From Barthelona sp. PAP020 (lineage: Eukaryota), in contig JARQWU010000081.1 in NCBI GenBank assembly GCA_040182905.1, positions 1 to 36,685 of the forward strand: a stretch of DNA of 36,685 nt, read 5' to 3'. Shown one piece after another: positions 9,519-19,673 of this stretch. A program made the translations under genes and the position numbers. The notes beneath the pieces are model-generated. The model saw only the letters and a list, made by a program, of their open reading frames with translations, was not told where the DNA came from and searched no databases. Numbering within the stretch: position 1 is the first letter of the stretch; every line of letters begins with the position of its first letter.

Positions 9519-10805
9519 TTATACATTTATTGATGTTTGTGTGTTTGTTGAATTGTTGTTTTTTTTAAGAATATCTTGATTCTCTTTCATTAGACATAAA
9601 TAAATGCATACATTCAAGAATAATCCACCGATTATGCTAACTATTCCAATTATTCCAAATGTATTGTATAATTTTGATGAAACCTTTGTGAAATTAGTCA
9701 AAGTAAATACCCCTCCAAAGTTTGCTATCATGGAAATGAAACCTACCCAAGATACAACATTGGCAAATTCATTTTCAAAAATGCTTAAATAAGGTAACCA
9801 CAATGGCAGGAAAAGACCATCCGTTATTCCTTGAAATATTGAAGCAAAGAAGATATTTTTTGTTTCATAAGGATCAATGCCTTGTATCAACCAACCAAAA
9901 CAAGCAGGTACCTGTAATATTATTAAATACACATGATTTATATTATCACCAATTATCAGAGCTAAAAAGCTTCCACACAATGAAGCAGAGTTAAGAATTG
10001 CTATATATTTCCCATGAATAGATGAACCTTCCTCAATTGTCTCAAAAATTAAAGGACAAACTATATTGACAATTCCCACATTTAAATAATTATAAATAAT
10101 CAAATTGAGAGTTTCAATTAAAGAGAATTTGGGATTAAATAGGATTTTGATTCCTTTAAACATACTTTTTATTGTATTTTTGGGGAAAGAGTTAGTTTGA
10201 AAAGAAGAAAGAATGACATTTTGGATGATTTTAATTCCAATACAAACAAACAACAAAAACATCATTAAAAGGTTGTTATTCTCCATTTTTTGAACCAATA
10301 AGTTTGAAAACAATGGAGCAACTATTACAGATGCTTTTTCAAGAATTTGGGAAAGTGTGACCATTCTTTGAAAATTATTTTTGGGAATTATTTGATGCAA
10401 AGTATTATAGTAGGAAAAATTAAAAGTGCTGGATGATAGCCCAGTTAAAAAACAAATAAATATAAGAAAATTAGAAGGTTCTTTAAATAAAAAAAAATAA
10501 ATAATAAATATTAAAAAATTGATTGTTTCGCATTTTACACAAAACTTCAGTAGCATAGTTGGATTTAATTTCCATAAATATATTATTTGAAGAAAAGAAA
10601 TGAACCCTTGTGATGCAATTTCAGCAAGTGTACAATTGCCCAACCAATATTGAGCTTTATCACTCTTCAAAAGAAACCATATTAATAAAAATGAAAATGA
10701 TTCATCAAACAAATTACTAAAAAAAGCAGTCACCAAAAGAAGGTGAATTCTTCTTTCTTTTTCATCATCAGTTGAATTTAGTTCATTAGATAATTCATTC
10801 ATCAT
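9519..10805 (-). CDS. Major facilitator superfamily transporter, DHA3/MFS_3 (MefA/EntS-like) type
   Basis: About 12 hydrophobic helices. FSNLFD...LIWFLL, LHQIIPKNNFQRMVTLSQ...IVAPLFSNLL and KGIKILFNP resemble DHA3 signatures. Confidence 0.7.
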   Translation of the reverse strand: MMNELSNELNSTDDEKERRIHLLLVTAFFSNLFDESFSFLLIWFLLKSDKAQYWLGNCTLAEIASQGFISFLQIIYLWKLNPTMLLKFCVKCETINFLIFIIYFFLFKEPSNFLIFICFLTGLSSSTFNFSYYNTLHQIIPKNNFQRMVTLSQILEKASVIVAPLFSNLLVQKMENNNLLMMFLLFVCIGIKIIQNVILSSFQTNSFPKNTIKSMFKGIKILFNPKFSLIETLNLIIYNYLNVGIVNIVCPLIFETIEEGSSIHGKYIAILNSASLCGSFLALIIGDNINHVYLIILQVPACFGWLIQGIDPYETKNIFFASIFQGITDGLFLPLWLPYLSIFENEFANVVSWVGFISMIANFGGVFTLTNFTKVSSKLYNTFGIIGIVSIIGGLFLNVCIYLCLMKENQDILKKNNNSTNTQTSINV

Positions 10806-10999
10806 AAAATTTTGTTTACATTCAATTTTTAATAAACAGCTAAATAGTTGGTAATTATCAAAAAAGATTACATCGTAAACAATCAATAATAACAAAAACA
10901 AATATTAATAAAGAACGATTTTATCAATAATATAAATTGAATGCACCAATTTGGAGAAAAAAAAAAAGAATGGTATCATTGTATTTATTTATTTATTTA

Positions 11000-11404
11000 A
11001 TGACATCAACAACTTATTTTGAAGCCAGAAAACAAATAATTAATGATAATGAACTAAATAACGAGCTTATTGAAAACCTAGACAAAGATTTTTTGAATTC
11101 GATGAAATTTCGTTCTTTCATTGAGAATCAATTAAAAACTTACAAAATTGGAAGTAAAAATAAGAGTGATACATATTATATAATAAGCATTATTGCTGCT
11201 TTGACTCGTGTTCATTTAGGAAGAGTGACTGAGAATGCTGCGAATGAATTACTATCTATAAATCCGGCTGCTGAACATGTTGATCCTCAATCGTTGGTTA
11301 ATGAACATGAAAGATTAAAAAGAATTGGAGTTGTTCCTAAAAGAGGTGAAAGTATTACCAAAGATAATTTTTCTGAAACTAACAGCATAAATGTATTCCA
11401 TTAA
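11000..11404 (+). CDS. TAF11: TFIID subunit TAF11-like histone-fold protein
   Basis: IAALTRVHLGRVTENA resembles MAGIAKVFVGEIVEEA. VDPQSLVNEHERLKRIGVVP resembles LQPKHLREAVRRLRSKGQIP. Confidence 0.6.
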   Translation: MTSTTYFEARKQIINDNELNNELIENLDKDFLNSMKFRSFIENQLKTYKIGSKNKSDTYYIISIIAALTRVHLGRVTENAANELLSINPAAEHVDPQSLVNEHERLKRIGVVPKRGESITKDNFSETNSINVFH

Positions 11405-11825
11405 TTTGTTTTTATACCTTAATTTATGTTTATGTGTAATTTTCATATTTATCAAAGAATAAAAAACAATTTGAAGTGCTACCAAGGAGTATTTACAATT
11501 TTTGATTATAAAGAATAATTTTATGATGATGAGAATGAAAAAAAAAGGGAAAATATCAGAAAACCCAGAGATTTGGAAGATAATTTTGATTCAACCCAAA
11601 AATTGATATTTGTCTTGTTAAAAACTGTTGGTTTTCCAAAAAGCTTCATTGCCTTTCTGGTTAAAGAAGAATTGTTTGTCAAAGTTTTTCAAGCGTGCAG
11701 ATCAATATCGTCAAAGTTTAAATAAACACCATAAAACTTGACTCACAAATAATAAATAATAAACATTTGTCGAAAAAAGGATGAAAATCTTTGTTATTTA
11801 TTTGTTTTTTCATTTTACACTATAT

Positions 11826-13046
11826 TCAACGGAAGAAAATGAATCGTAAAATAACAAGAAAAACGCAGAAAATTGAAATAAATGTAAAGGCTCTTGAAAC
11901 AGTATTGAAAATCTCTGACATCAAACTTGTTTTGCTGGTTAACACCAGTTTTCCAAAAAAAATGAATCTTCGTTTTGTTTTGTATACAGAACCAACAGAG
12001 CGAATATTATTACAATTACAAAGTGATTTCACATACTTTGAATCAAAACTATCAGAATTAATCATAGAATTTTGCCAATCCAAAAAAATACAAGAATAAT
12101 CTGTCATTTTGTCAACAATAATTGCATCATCGGGAACTGTTGGAATTTGAGGTTCTTCTGTGCAAGAAAATTTAACATTTGAAACATGCCGGTCTGTTTC
12201 AACCAAATTATATATTTTGCTCTTTTTTAACTCAAAATTATAGATAGGATCAATACTACATTGAATATCATCAATTAGTTTGTAATTAGTGGCGTTCAAA
12301 GATTTATCAAAGAAAGCAACGTATTTTGATATGTTGTGACAATTCTTTTCATAGGAATGGACACGTTTATTGACAGCAAAAAAATTTTTTTTCTCCAATA
12401 CAATGCTCGTTTTGGAACGCAGATTTTTCCAAGTTTGGTTAGTTTGTTCATATGAATAATCAATTTTAACTCTAATATCTACCAAACGTAATTCATTGAA
12501 TCTTAATTTTTCTTCATGTTTTGGAAATTTTGGCAAGTGAAAATGAGGAAATTTAAATGCTATATTTTCAAATTTTGGAAATTTTGGTAAATCAAAATGA
12601 GGAAACTTATATACTTTTTTGATAAAATTAAAGGAAGGAATAATATTTGAATAATCAAACACTTCTATTTCTTCTTTTATACAAGGATGTTGATAATTAC
12701 TGATAAAAATAAGAATAAGCGTTAAAACAAAAAGTAATAACAATAAAACGTTGGTAAATATAATTCTTCTGGATAAAAGAAATTCGTTTTCCTCACTTTT
12801 GATCAAATTTTGATCCATTGGACTAATTTTGCCATTAAAATTTTCATTCTGAGATATATTGTTACTTTCTTCAGAAATATCATGATTTTCTGGGTCAAAA
12901 ACTGGCAAATCGTAAATTGGTCCAAATTCATTTTCTTCATTTATCTGTTGAATATCAATTGGATAATTTTGAGGTGAATAAAAGCCACCAATATTAATGT
13001 ATCTCTCTTCTTCTTGTGGTAAATAAACAAGCTCAAATTCATTCAT
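11826..13046 (-). CDS. Membrane protein, diverged paralog of 8312-9436
   Basis: Acidic N-terminus, a transmembrane helix (IIFTNVLLLLLFVLTLILIFI), an ectodomain with W, KNCH, CSIDPIY and C...QIPTVPDDA, and a second hydrophobic helix at the C-terminus. The ATG at 13046 follows a long T-tract. Confidence 0.75.
   Translation of the reverse strand: MNEFELVYLPQEEERYINIGGFYSPQNYPIDIQQINEENEFGPIYDLPVFDPENHDISEESNNISQNENFNGKISPMDQNLIKSEENEFLLSRRIIFTNVLLLLLFVLTLILIFISNYQHPCIKEEIEVFDYSNIIPSFNFIKKVYKFPHFDLPKFPKFENIAFKFPHFHLPKFPKHEEKLRFNELRLVDIRVKIDYSYEQTNQTWKNLRSKTSIVLEKKNFFAVNKRVHSYEKNCHNISKYVAFFDKSLNATNYKLIDDIQCSIDPIYNFELKKSKIYNLVETDRHVSNVKFSCTEEPQIPTVPDDAIIVDKMTDYSCIFLDWQNSMINSDSFDSKYVKSLCNCNNIRSVGSVYKTKRRFIFFGKLVLTSKTSLMSEIFNTVSRAFTFISIFCVFLVILRFIFFR
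12519..12608. repeat. Intragenic tandem duplication with a 54-bp period
   Basis: ttttggaaattttggYaaRtSaaaatgaggaaaYtt occurs at 12519 and 12573, encoding KFPHF(D/H)LPKFPK twice. Confidence 0.9.
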
Positions 13047-13795
13047 CAAAAAAAAAAAAAAAAAACTAATGTCAAACATTTGAAGAAATTATCCCCAAAA
13101 CAAAAGAGTAAAAATTGCTAGATTTTTTCAGCCGTTGCACTTGTGATATGCTTTATAAGCCATTTTTATTCGAAACACAAACCATAGGAAAAATGTAAAA
13201 TTCCCAACTTTGCTAACATTTATTTTATAAAATTATGTGTTTGATTTAATAAGGAAAAAAAAATAATTAAGAGAGAATATGAACAAAAGAGGATCTTAAC
13301 TTAAGGGTTGATTGTTTTGAGAAAGATAAAAAAGCTGAAATGAAACTTGAAACCGCATTTGATAAATTTGCAGCAGAAACACTTGAAGTTATAAAGATCA
13401 ATCTGATAGAAAAGTGAAATCACCTTTTTATTTTGAAAAACCATTTTACTTTTTTATTACCTCAAAGCAGCTAAAGAGAAGGACTAAAGCATATTATACA
13501 AGAAAATTGCATAAATTCACAGAGAGATTACAAAATGTTTCAATTGAAACAATTTTGCTTTCTCCTTTTTTTTTTAGTATGTCACACAGAAAGTATAAAC
13601 ATAATTTTCCATATCTGATGTTTTAAAAAGAAGAAAGAAACCAAAGTCAAGTTTGAAAAATCTCACTTTCAAGAATGTGAAATTGATGCCACTTTTTTTA
13701 AGATCCTCCTTTATATCAAAAATAAAGCGATTTTCTATCGATTTTAAAATTTATCCACATTTTAATTTCTTCATTATTGTCGAAACACAAAGATA

Positions 13796-16738
13796 ATGGA
13801 TTTTGTTGATGGTATTTACATATGTAATAGATCCTTACCATTTGATTGCCTATGTACAAAGTTAACTCGACTTATTGAATTCTTAACATATTTATTACCT
13901 AACCATGTTTTGGTATTTGGAAGGAATGAAAATGAAGAGTTTCAATTTTTGGGGAGTTGTTTTGGCATTTGCCAATCTCTGGAGGACAAAATTCCAGTGG
14001 AAGAATTATTACAACAATATAGTGAATATAGCAATGAATTAATGCAGTCATTGCCCCAAATGGAAACTTTATTTGATTTGGTTCAAAACACTGAAAATTA
14101 TAGTACAGATGAATTTAATCAGTCCGTCTGTTTAATATTTTCAATTTTAAAATATTTGCCTTCAGAAACTAATAATTTCAGGCAAATTTTTGTTTACCAT
14201 ATTGACCCATTTCAATTTGATGATGAAGAACCAATACATGGATTTCTAACTAGTCTTGAGAATTTTATTTGTGATTCATGTGATAACTCCAGTCAAACCT
14301 TTAACCATGAATCAATAACTAAATTTAAAAGTTGTATTCGTTTACTATTACAAAGGTTAGAGAAAGATAACTGTTTGGTTGAGCTGTATAATTCTCCCTA
14401 TGCTGTATCAAGATCTAGACGTAAAAATACCATGGTATCTTTATTAAAATCAGAAGCTGCCAGATTATGTGTTATTTTTAGAGATATTTCTGTCAATCTC
14501 ATTGAAACTTCACATGTTACAGGGGAATTGAGATTACAAAGTCGCCAAGGATTGAGTACATCTGATACTTCTGAAAGACGTAATCGTCCAATTGCAACAC
14601 CAATTGCCCAAGCTTTGGTGGCTCATGGACAAGTTTTTAACATGAAAGTCCAACTGGAAAAGTTGGTTCAACGAACGAGGAATACTGCAAATGGAAGTCC
14701 AGCCAATTCACATACTTTTAGCCGTTCATCATCATCTTCATCATCACTTCATTCTATTGGTAGAAACAGTGGTTATGTCTCTCGATCACCTTGCTCTTCT
14801 CCTTTGGATGATGTGAAATTTTCCAGAGATTTGATTGTTAATTCGCCAGTTTTAGCTTGCAGACGAGATGAATCTAGGTCAAGTAAGGAAGAGATTCATG
14901 AATATGATTCAGATGGTGATGTTGTTGTTGAATCAAAAAATCTAACAGAACAAGAAATGATACCACTAAATTTTGAGGATTCAATTGGATATCGTTCAAA
15001 TGATGATGAAAATGAAGAAAATGAAACATACAACAGCAAAGAATTGACTCAAAATTGGGTATCAAAGCTTAATAACAGTGCCAGTGTTGATTCTGAAAAT
15101 TCATTCTTTTCGTTTAATTCAAATGACAGTGTTGATTTGTTGAATATAGCTAACCCTTCTTCAAATAAAGCACCTTGTGAAGCTTTATCATTTAACTCTG
15201 ATAATGAATCTGATACAGTTCAAGCGGATGATAAGTTTAAGCTGGAACTAACACTGACTGGTGATTTACCATTATTGACCAAAAGAAGTAATGAAAATAG
15301 CAGTGAAAGCGAAGATGATGAAGATTTACAAGCAATTGAAAGCAAATATTACATTAGAATTGATGAATTATTGACTGAATTGCTTGATTGTATGAAAGGA
15401 AGAGAGATAGGAGGATATGATCCTGCTACATTTCCCAATTTTGGAAGGATAACACTTGATAAAATTGAAAATCGTCCCAAAGATTTTGTTACCCATGAGC
15501 TTGAAGACACTTTTGAAAGTAATTTTGATATTACTTCACCTTCTTCTAGATTGTCTATTCTTTTGGGTGTCATAAGTTTGACAGAAATCAAAGATGTAAT
15601 TGAGTTTAAAAATTGGAAACCATTTCAAATAATGTTAAAATATGTACGTATAGTATATAATGAAGGTTATGCTGAATATTTTTTGAGTTTAGGGATTGTT
15701 CCTATTTTGATTAATTGTATGTGTAAGATTTTGAGTAAGTTTGAAATGAACAAAGATTATGACACTCAAGAAATTGAAATTAAGCATTTAATTATCAATT
15801 TAACCACCCTTAGACAATGTGTAAGTATTCTTTTACAATCAAATTGTATAGCAAATGAATGTCTTAAGTCTTCGAATGTTGCTGGAATTAATATTTCTGA
15901 ACCATCTTTGTACACCACTTTGGAAGAGTTAGTATTAATTGACAGCAAATTAATTGAGATATATCTGAAATTATTTTCAAAAGGAAGTAATTTTATTGAA
16001 GAATTCAGTATTCTTTTAGCAAAGAATTTTTCAATCATCATGTCATTGTTGAATCAGTTAAATGAAAGAGTTTATTCAAGATTGATCAGACGAGATGTGT
16101 ATAAAAAGTTATTCAATTCAATATTAGGATTATTAATCGTTAAAAAGAGGACCATTAAGTCTAAAAAAGACAAACGTTTGATGAACAATATTCAAAATCA
16201 GTCCATTTGGCTTTGTAGACAATTTTTAAATGGATTGGATAATTTTGATGGCAATTCAAATGTTGTTAAGGCTTTGTTAAAACTATTACCTCAAAGTCCT
16301 GAATTAACAAAAAATATTCTCTACACATTCATATTGTGGCATAACACTCAAGATAAGTTTTCCATTAACGAAATTTTAGATACGCAATTTTGGGCGGCAA
16401 TATTTCTTAATTTCAAGGATTTAATTTTAATAGAGAACGTTGATGCAGGAGTGTTTGTTTTGAATGAACTATTAGAAAATGATATTTTATCAAGACATAG
16501 AATCTTTTATCTATTTAGATTTGCTTACAGTTATCACGAATTGTTGGAAAAATCTGCTACTCAATTCTTATCCAGATTTTTGCCAACAGTTCAGAATATT
16601 TTCGATCCAAGTCATGTTCAGTATCCTTTAAAAACTGCCTCTGTCATGCAATGTTTTAAAAAGTTATCAACTGTAGAATATGAATCTTTTGTTAGAAATT
16701 GTAAAAAACTTTTTATTGAAGACCCTGTTAAACTTTGA
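13796..16738 (+). CDS. Hypothetical 980-aa protein with a globular N-terminus, Ser/acidic linker and helical-repeat (ARM/HEAT-like) C-terminus
   Basis: Long uninterrupted ORF. Residues ~240-510 are low complexity, followed by Leu-rich amphipathic helices. Family not recognised. Confidence 0.7.
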   Translation: MDFVDGIYICNRSLPFDCLCTKLTRLIEFLTYLLPNHVLVFGRNENEEFQFLGSCFGICQSLEDKIPVEELLQQYSEYSNELMQSLPQMETLFDLVQNTENYSTDEFNQSVCLIFSILKYLPSETNNFRQIFVYHIDPFQFDDEEPIHGFLTSLENFICDSCDNSSQTFNHESITKFKSCIRLLLQRLEKDNCLVELYNSPYAVSRSRRKNTMVSLLKSEAARLCVIFRDISVNLIETSHVTGELRLQSRQGLSTSDTSERRNRPIATPIAQALVAHGQVFNMKVQLEKLVQRTRNTANGSPANSHTFSRSSSSSSSLHSIGRNSGYVSRSPCSSPLDDVKFSRDLIVNSPVLACRRDESRSSKEEIHEYDSDGDVVVESKNLTEQEMIPLNFEDSIGYRSNDDENEENETYNSKELTQNWVSKLNNSASVDSENSFFSFNSNDSVDLLNIANPSSNKAPCEALSFNSDNESDTVQADDKFKLELTLTGDLPLLTKRSNENSSESEDDEDLQAIESKYYIRIDELLTELLDCMKGREIGGYDPATFPNFGRITLDKIENRPKDFVTHELEDTFESNFDITSPSSRLSILLGVISLTEIKDVIEFKNWKPFQIMLKYVRIVYNEGYAEYFLSLGIVPILINCMCKILSKFEMNKDYDTQEIEIKHLIINLTTLRQCVSILLQSNCIANECLKSSNVAGINISEPSLYTTLEELVLIDSKLIEIYLKLFSKGSNFIEEFSILLAKNFSIIMSLLNQLNERVYSRLIRRDVYKKLFNSILGLLIVKKRTIKSKKDKRLMNNIQNQSIWLCRQFLNGLDNFDGNSNVVKALLKLLPQSPELTKNILYTFILWHNTQDKFSINEILDTQFWAAIFLNFKDLILIENVDAGVFVLNELLENDILSRHRIFYLFRFAYSYHELLEKSATQFLSRFLPTVQNIFDPSHVQYPLKTASVMQCFKKLSTVEYESFVRNCKKLFIEDPVKL

Positions 16739-17123
16739 GATTCAAGCAGAATTGATTTTTCCTTTAATTTATTTATTTGTAAATATTTATAAATTTTTAC
16801 GTATGTACATTACATTTGGGGCTTTTTTCTTTTTTAATTTTTTTTAAAAAAAAGTATATTTTTTCAGCACTTTTGAGTTAATTTTTTTTTTTAGTGCACA
16901 GATATTCGTTTCATTGTTTTCACTTTTTATGTTTTGTACAAATCATTGGTTAGCATTTAAAATAAACAATAATGGAATAAAGTTTTTGATTTACCCAATC
17001 TCCTCCATCATTCACAGAATGTTTATCAAATTAAAAAATAAAAAGACTATATATTTTTATTTTGTCAACAATAAAGGTTCTACAGGAAAATTTGTTGATT
17101 CAAAATGAATTCCACATGTTGAT

Positions 17124-18563
17124 TTACAAATTTTGGAACCATTGGTACAAACCAACAACTTCAATTACAAACCCGAGAAAGATTAATGAATAGCATTGCC
17201 AAGTATATGGTTTTGTTTTGATTTTCTTTGATCTTATCTTGGCCAATTTATGTGATTTCAAATGCATTAAACAAGGTAACTGGAAAAAGTAAAAGGGTGA
17301 AATAGTGGCACCAGCCAAAGAAGTGACAAAACTAATGTTTTTCAAAAAATATGCCAAAATGACACAAATAAAGATAATGAACAAAGAAATCACCAATCTT
17401 GTTCTAAAACCACCTGTTACAACAACAGTTCCACCTTTACTAGGAGATGTGTTTTTAACTCTTTTACTGAAAGCACCTTCGATAGATAGACGACAAGAAT
17501 AAGCAAAAACTGGGAAGCTGAAAATTAAAACAATAATCATAGCAACACGACATACAACAATAAGGGGATCGTTATTAGAAAAACTATTTAAAACATTATC
17601 TTGAATATCAGAACCAAATACTAAATAACCGCTGACACCAATCAAAGTATAAACTAAACCAGGAATAACAATTCCTAATGTTGAAATGTGACGAATTTTT
17701 TCAAAACTTCTCCTCTGCAATTCTTTGTAAAAAGCAGCCATTTGGAAGTGAGCGAAAAAACCAAAAATAATAGCTGGTGTGCCTTCAATGAATTTTATTG
17801 AAAACTCAAACAGTTTTACTTTTTCTAAAGCCAAGTTATTAATATTTGAAAAAAATTTAAAAATAATAACTGAAACAATAAGTGTAATACAACCTACTGA
17901 TAAAGTTGAAGTAAAAGCCAAGGATTTAGTGTCTTTCATACACATTAAAGGTAAACAAAAACACAAAATCAATATGGTGGCAATAAGTAACATTTGTAGT
18001 TGAGTTTTTTCTCCAAAAAGAAGAGTTACAACGGAACTAACATAATCTTTGATAATAATAGTGTATGTTGTTAAACTTAAGATCCCAAAAATGGCAACAG
18101 CAAAATCAGAAAATCTTGAAACTGTCACTCCAAAAAATTTCTCAACACACAATCTCAAAGAGAATCGTTTCACATAAACACTTGAATAAACGTATAATAG
18201 TAATGTAAATCTGGAAATTATACCAAAGAATAAAAGAAGAAACAATCCCCCAATGAATCCACAACAACTTATAGCATATGGAATCATCAAAGAACCAGCT
18301 CCAACCATACAGTTAGAAATGTTAGCAACAGTCTGAAGATTAGTAGCACCATGTGATTGACAAGGAATCCCAGTGTCTACATGATATGGAATGCCAGAGT
18401 CTAATTTGTCCAAATTATCATCTGTTGAATCATTTTCATCAACTAAATTCGTGTCTTTTAAGTGAAAATCTTTGAAATTTGGGAGTGATATTCCAATGAA
18501 AGAAGTTCGACTTTGAACAAATGAAGTTGAATCCTCTTGGGTTTCACTTAAAACAGGAGCCAT
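17124..18563 (-). CDS. Amino acid transporter, Aa_trans/AAAP (SLC38/AVT-like)
   Basis: NCMVGAGSLMIPYA, LPLMCMK..KSLAFTS, FGFFAH and GYLVFG..IQDNVLNSF motifs, with about 11 transmembrane helices. Confidence 0.93.
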   Translation of the reverse strand: MAPVLSETQEDSTSFVQSRTSFIGISLPNFKDFHLKDTNLVDENDSTDDNLDKLDSGIPYHVDTGIPCQSHGATNLQTVANISNCMVGAGSLMIPYAISCCGFIGGLFLLLFFGIISRFTLLLYVYSSVYVKRFSLRLCVEKFFGVTVSRFSDFAVAIFGILSLTTYTIIIKDYVSSVVTLLFGEKTQLQMLLIATILILCFCLPLMCMKDTKSLAFTSTLSVGCITLIVSVIIFKFFSNINNLALEKVKLFEFSIKFIEGTPAIIFGFFAHFQMAAFYKELQRRSFEKIRHISTLGIVIPGLVYTLIGVSGYLVFGSDIQDNVLNSFSNNDPLIVVCRVAMIIVLIFSFPVFAYSCRLSIEGAFSKRVKNTSPSKGGTVVVTGGFRTRLVISLFIIFICVILAYFLKNISFVTSLAGATISPFYFFQLPCLMHLKSHKLAKIRSKKIKTKPYTWQCYSLIFLGFVIEVVGLYQWFQNL

Positions 18564-18888
18564 GAATAATTGGAAAATAAGTTTTTATTCACTGAATTTC
18601 AATTTTGAGTTGAGAATGTATTCTGAAAAATCTTTGAAAACCAAGATTCGAGCTGATTGCATTTTTTCCCCATATCTCAATTTGTACATGTTTATATGTA
18701 TATAAAACACACCTTTTTTTAAAAAAAACATTTTGAAAAAATAATTTTGGAAGTGTTTATTCCAACAGTCAATTTTGACATTTTATTGTAAAATGATAAA
18801 ATTCATATTTCATTGACATATTACCAAAATCAAATGAAACATTAATGAAAGAAAATTTTTTCAAGGTTAGATATTTTTTTTGACCCAT

Positions 18889-19587
18889 ATGAGAGTCGCT
18901 TTTTGGACATCGATTACTGATGTTATTCTTACCATCACTTATTTTGTTCACTTGATTTATTTAATTGTTAAATGCAAAAATTCTAAAAAAACAAAGAAAC
19001 ATTATTTGATATTCGTTTTTTATATTATCAATGCTTTAGCCACAGGTTTTGGGGCTCTGTATCATTGGAAGGAGGGTGAATTTGTGGAAGGCAGTGATGA
19101 ACAATTTTTTTATTGGTCTTTTGTTAAATACCCAGCTATTTCCTTGGCTCCCTACATGTTATATTTTTATTCTGTTATTGTTTTGCCCAAAGATAATATA
19201 TCTTTGAAAAAATATAGCAATATGATATCAATAGTGTGTTTGGGTATTTTAATATTGTTATTAATTGTTATAATTCCTATCTCTTCTTTTAGAATAATTC
19301 AATTAACCCAACTTTTATTGGTTGTTATTTTGTACATGTATTTTTTTGTAGATTCAGAAAAACAAAAATGGCAAGTTTTTAAAGAAAGACATAAATGGTA
19401 TCTTGTCAGTATAGTTGTTGCATCTATACCCACAATATTTCGTTGGAGAATTTCAGAATCATTTAATCACAATGATATCTATCACACTCTGTTATTCTTT
19501 ACAATAATTATTTTATCATGGTCTTTTATCCCAATATTGAAAGATGATGAATATGAACGATATGAATTTACTCAAATTACTGAATAA
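18889..19587 (+). CDS. 7-TM membrane protein, DUF6962-like with CREST-type His motifs
   Basis: TDVIL, FGALYH and FNHNDIYH motifs within about 7 hydrophobic helices. The first ATG is at 18889. Confidence 0.55.
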   Translation: MRVAFWTSITDVILTITYFVHLIYLIVKCKNSKKTKKHYLIFVFYIINALATGFGALYHWKEGEFVEGSDEQFFYWSFVKYPAISLAPYMLYFYSVIVLPKDNISLKKYSNMISIVCLGILILLLIVIIPISSFRIIQLTQLLLVVILYMYFFVDSEKQKWQVFKERHKWYLVSIVVASIPTIFRWRISESFNHNDIYHTLLFFTIIILSWSFIPILKDDEYERYEFTQITE

Positions 19588-19673
19588 GAAAACTGATAAT
19601 TATGATTGATAAATTATTGAGTACTTTTTTCTAAAAATGTTAGTATGAATTTAAAAATTCAACAATAAATAAA

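Noticed and set aside
11402..11518. TAA reassignment (hexamitid- or ciliate-type code)
   Set aside because: Conserved genes end at TAA, TAG and TGA at expected lengths, and long ORFs have no in-frame TAA or TAG.
13519..13531. ACAGAGA resembling the U6 snRNA core
   Set aside because: There is no downstream AGC triad or internal stem-loop.
16864..17012. 10-nt complement to SSU UUACCCAAUC after ATGATGG on the minus strand
   Set aside because: Box C is imperfect, there is no adjacent D/D' box and the nearest CTGA is too distant.
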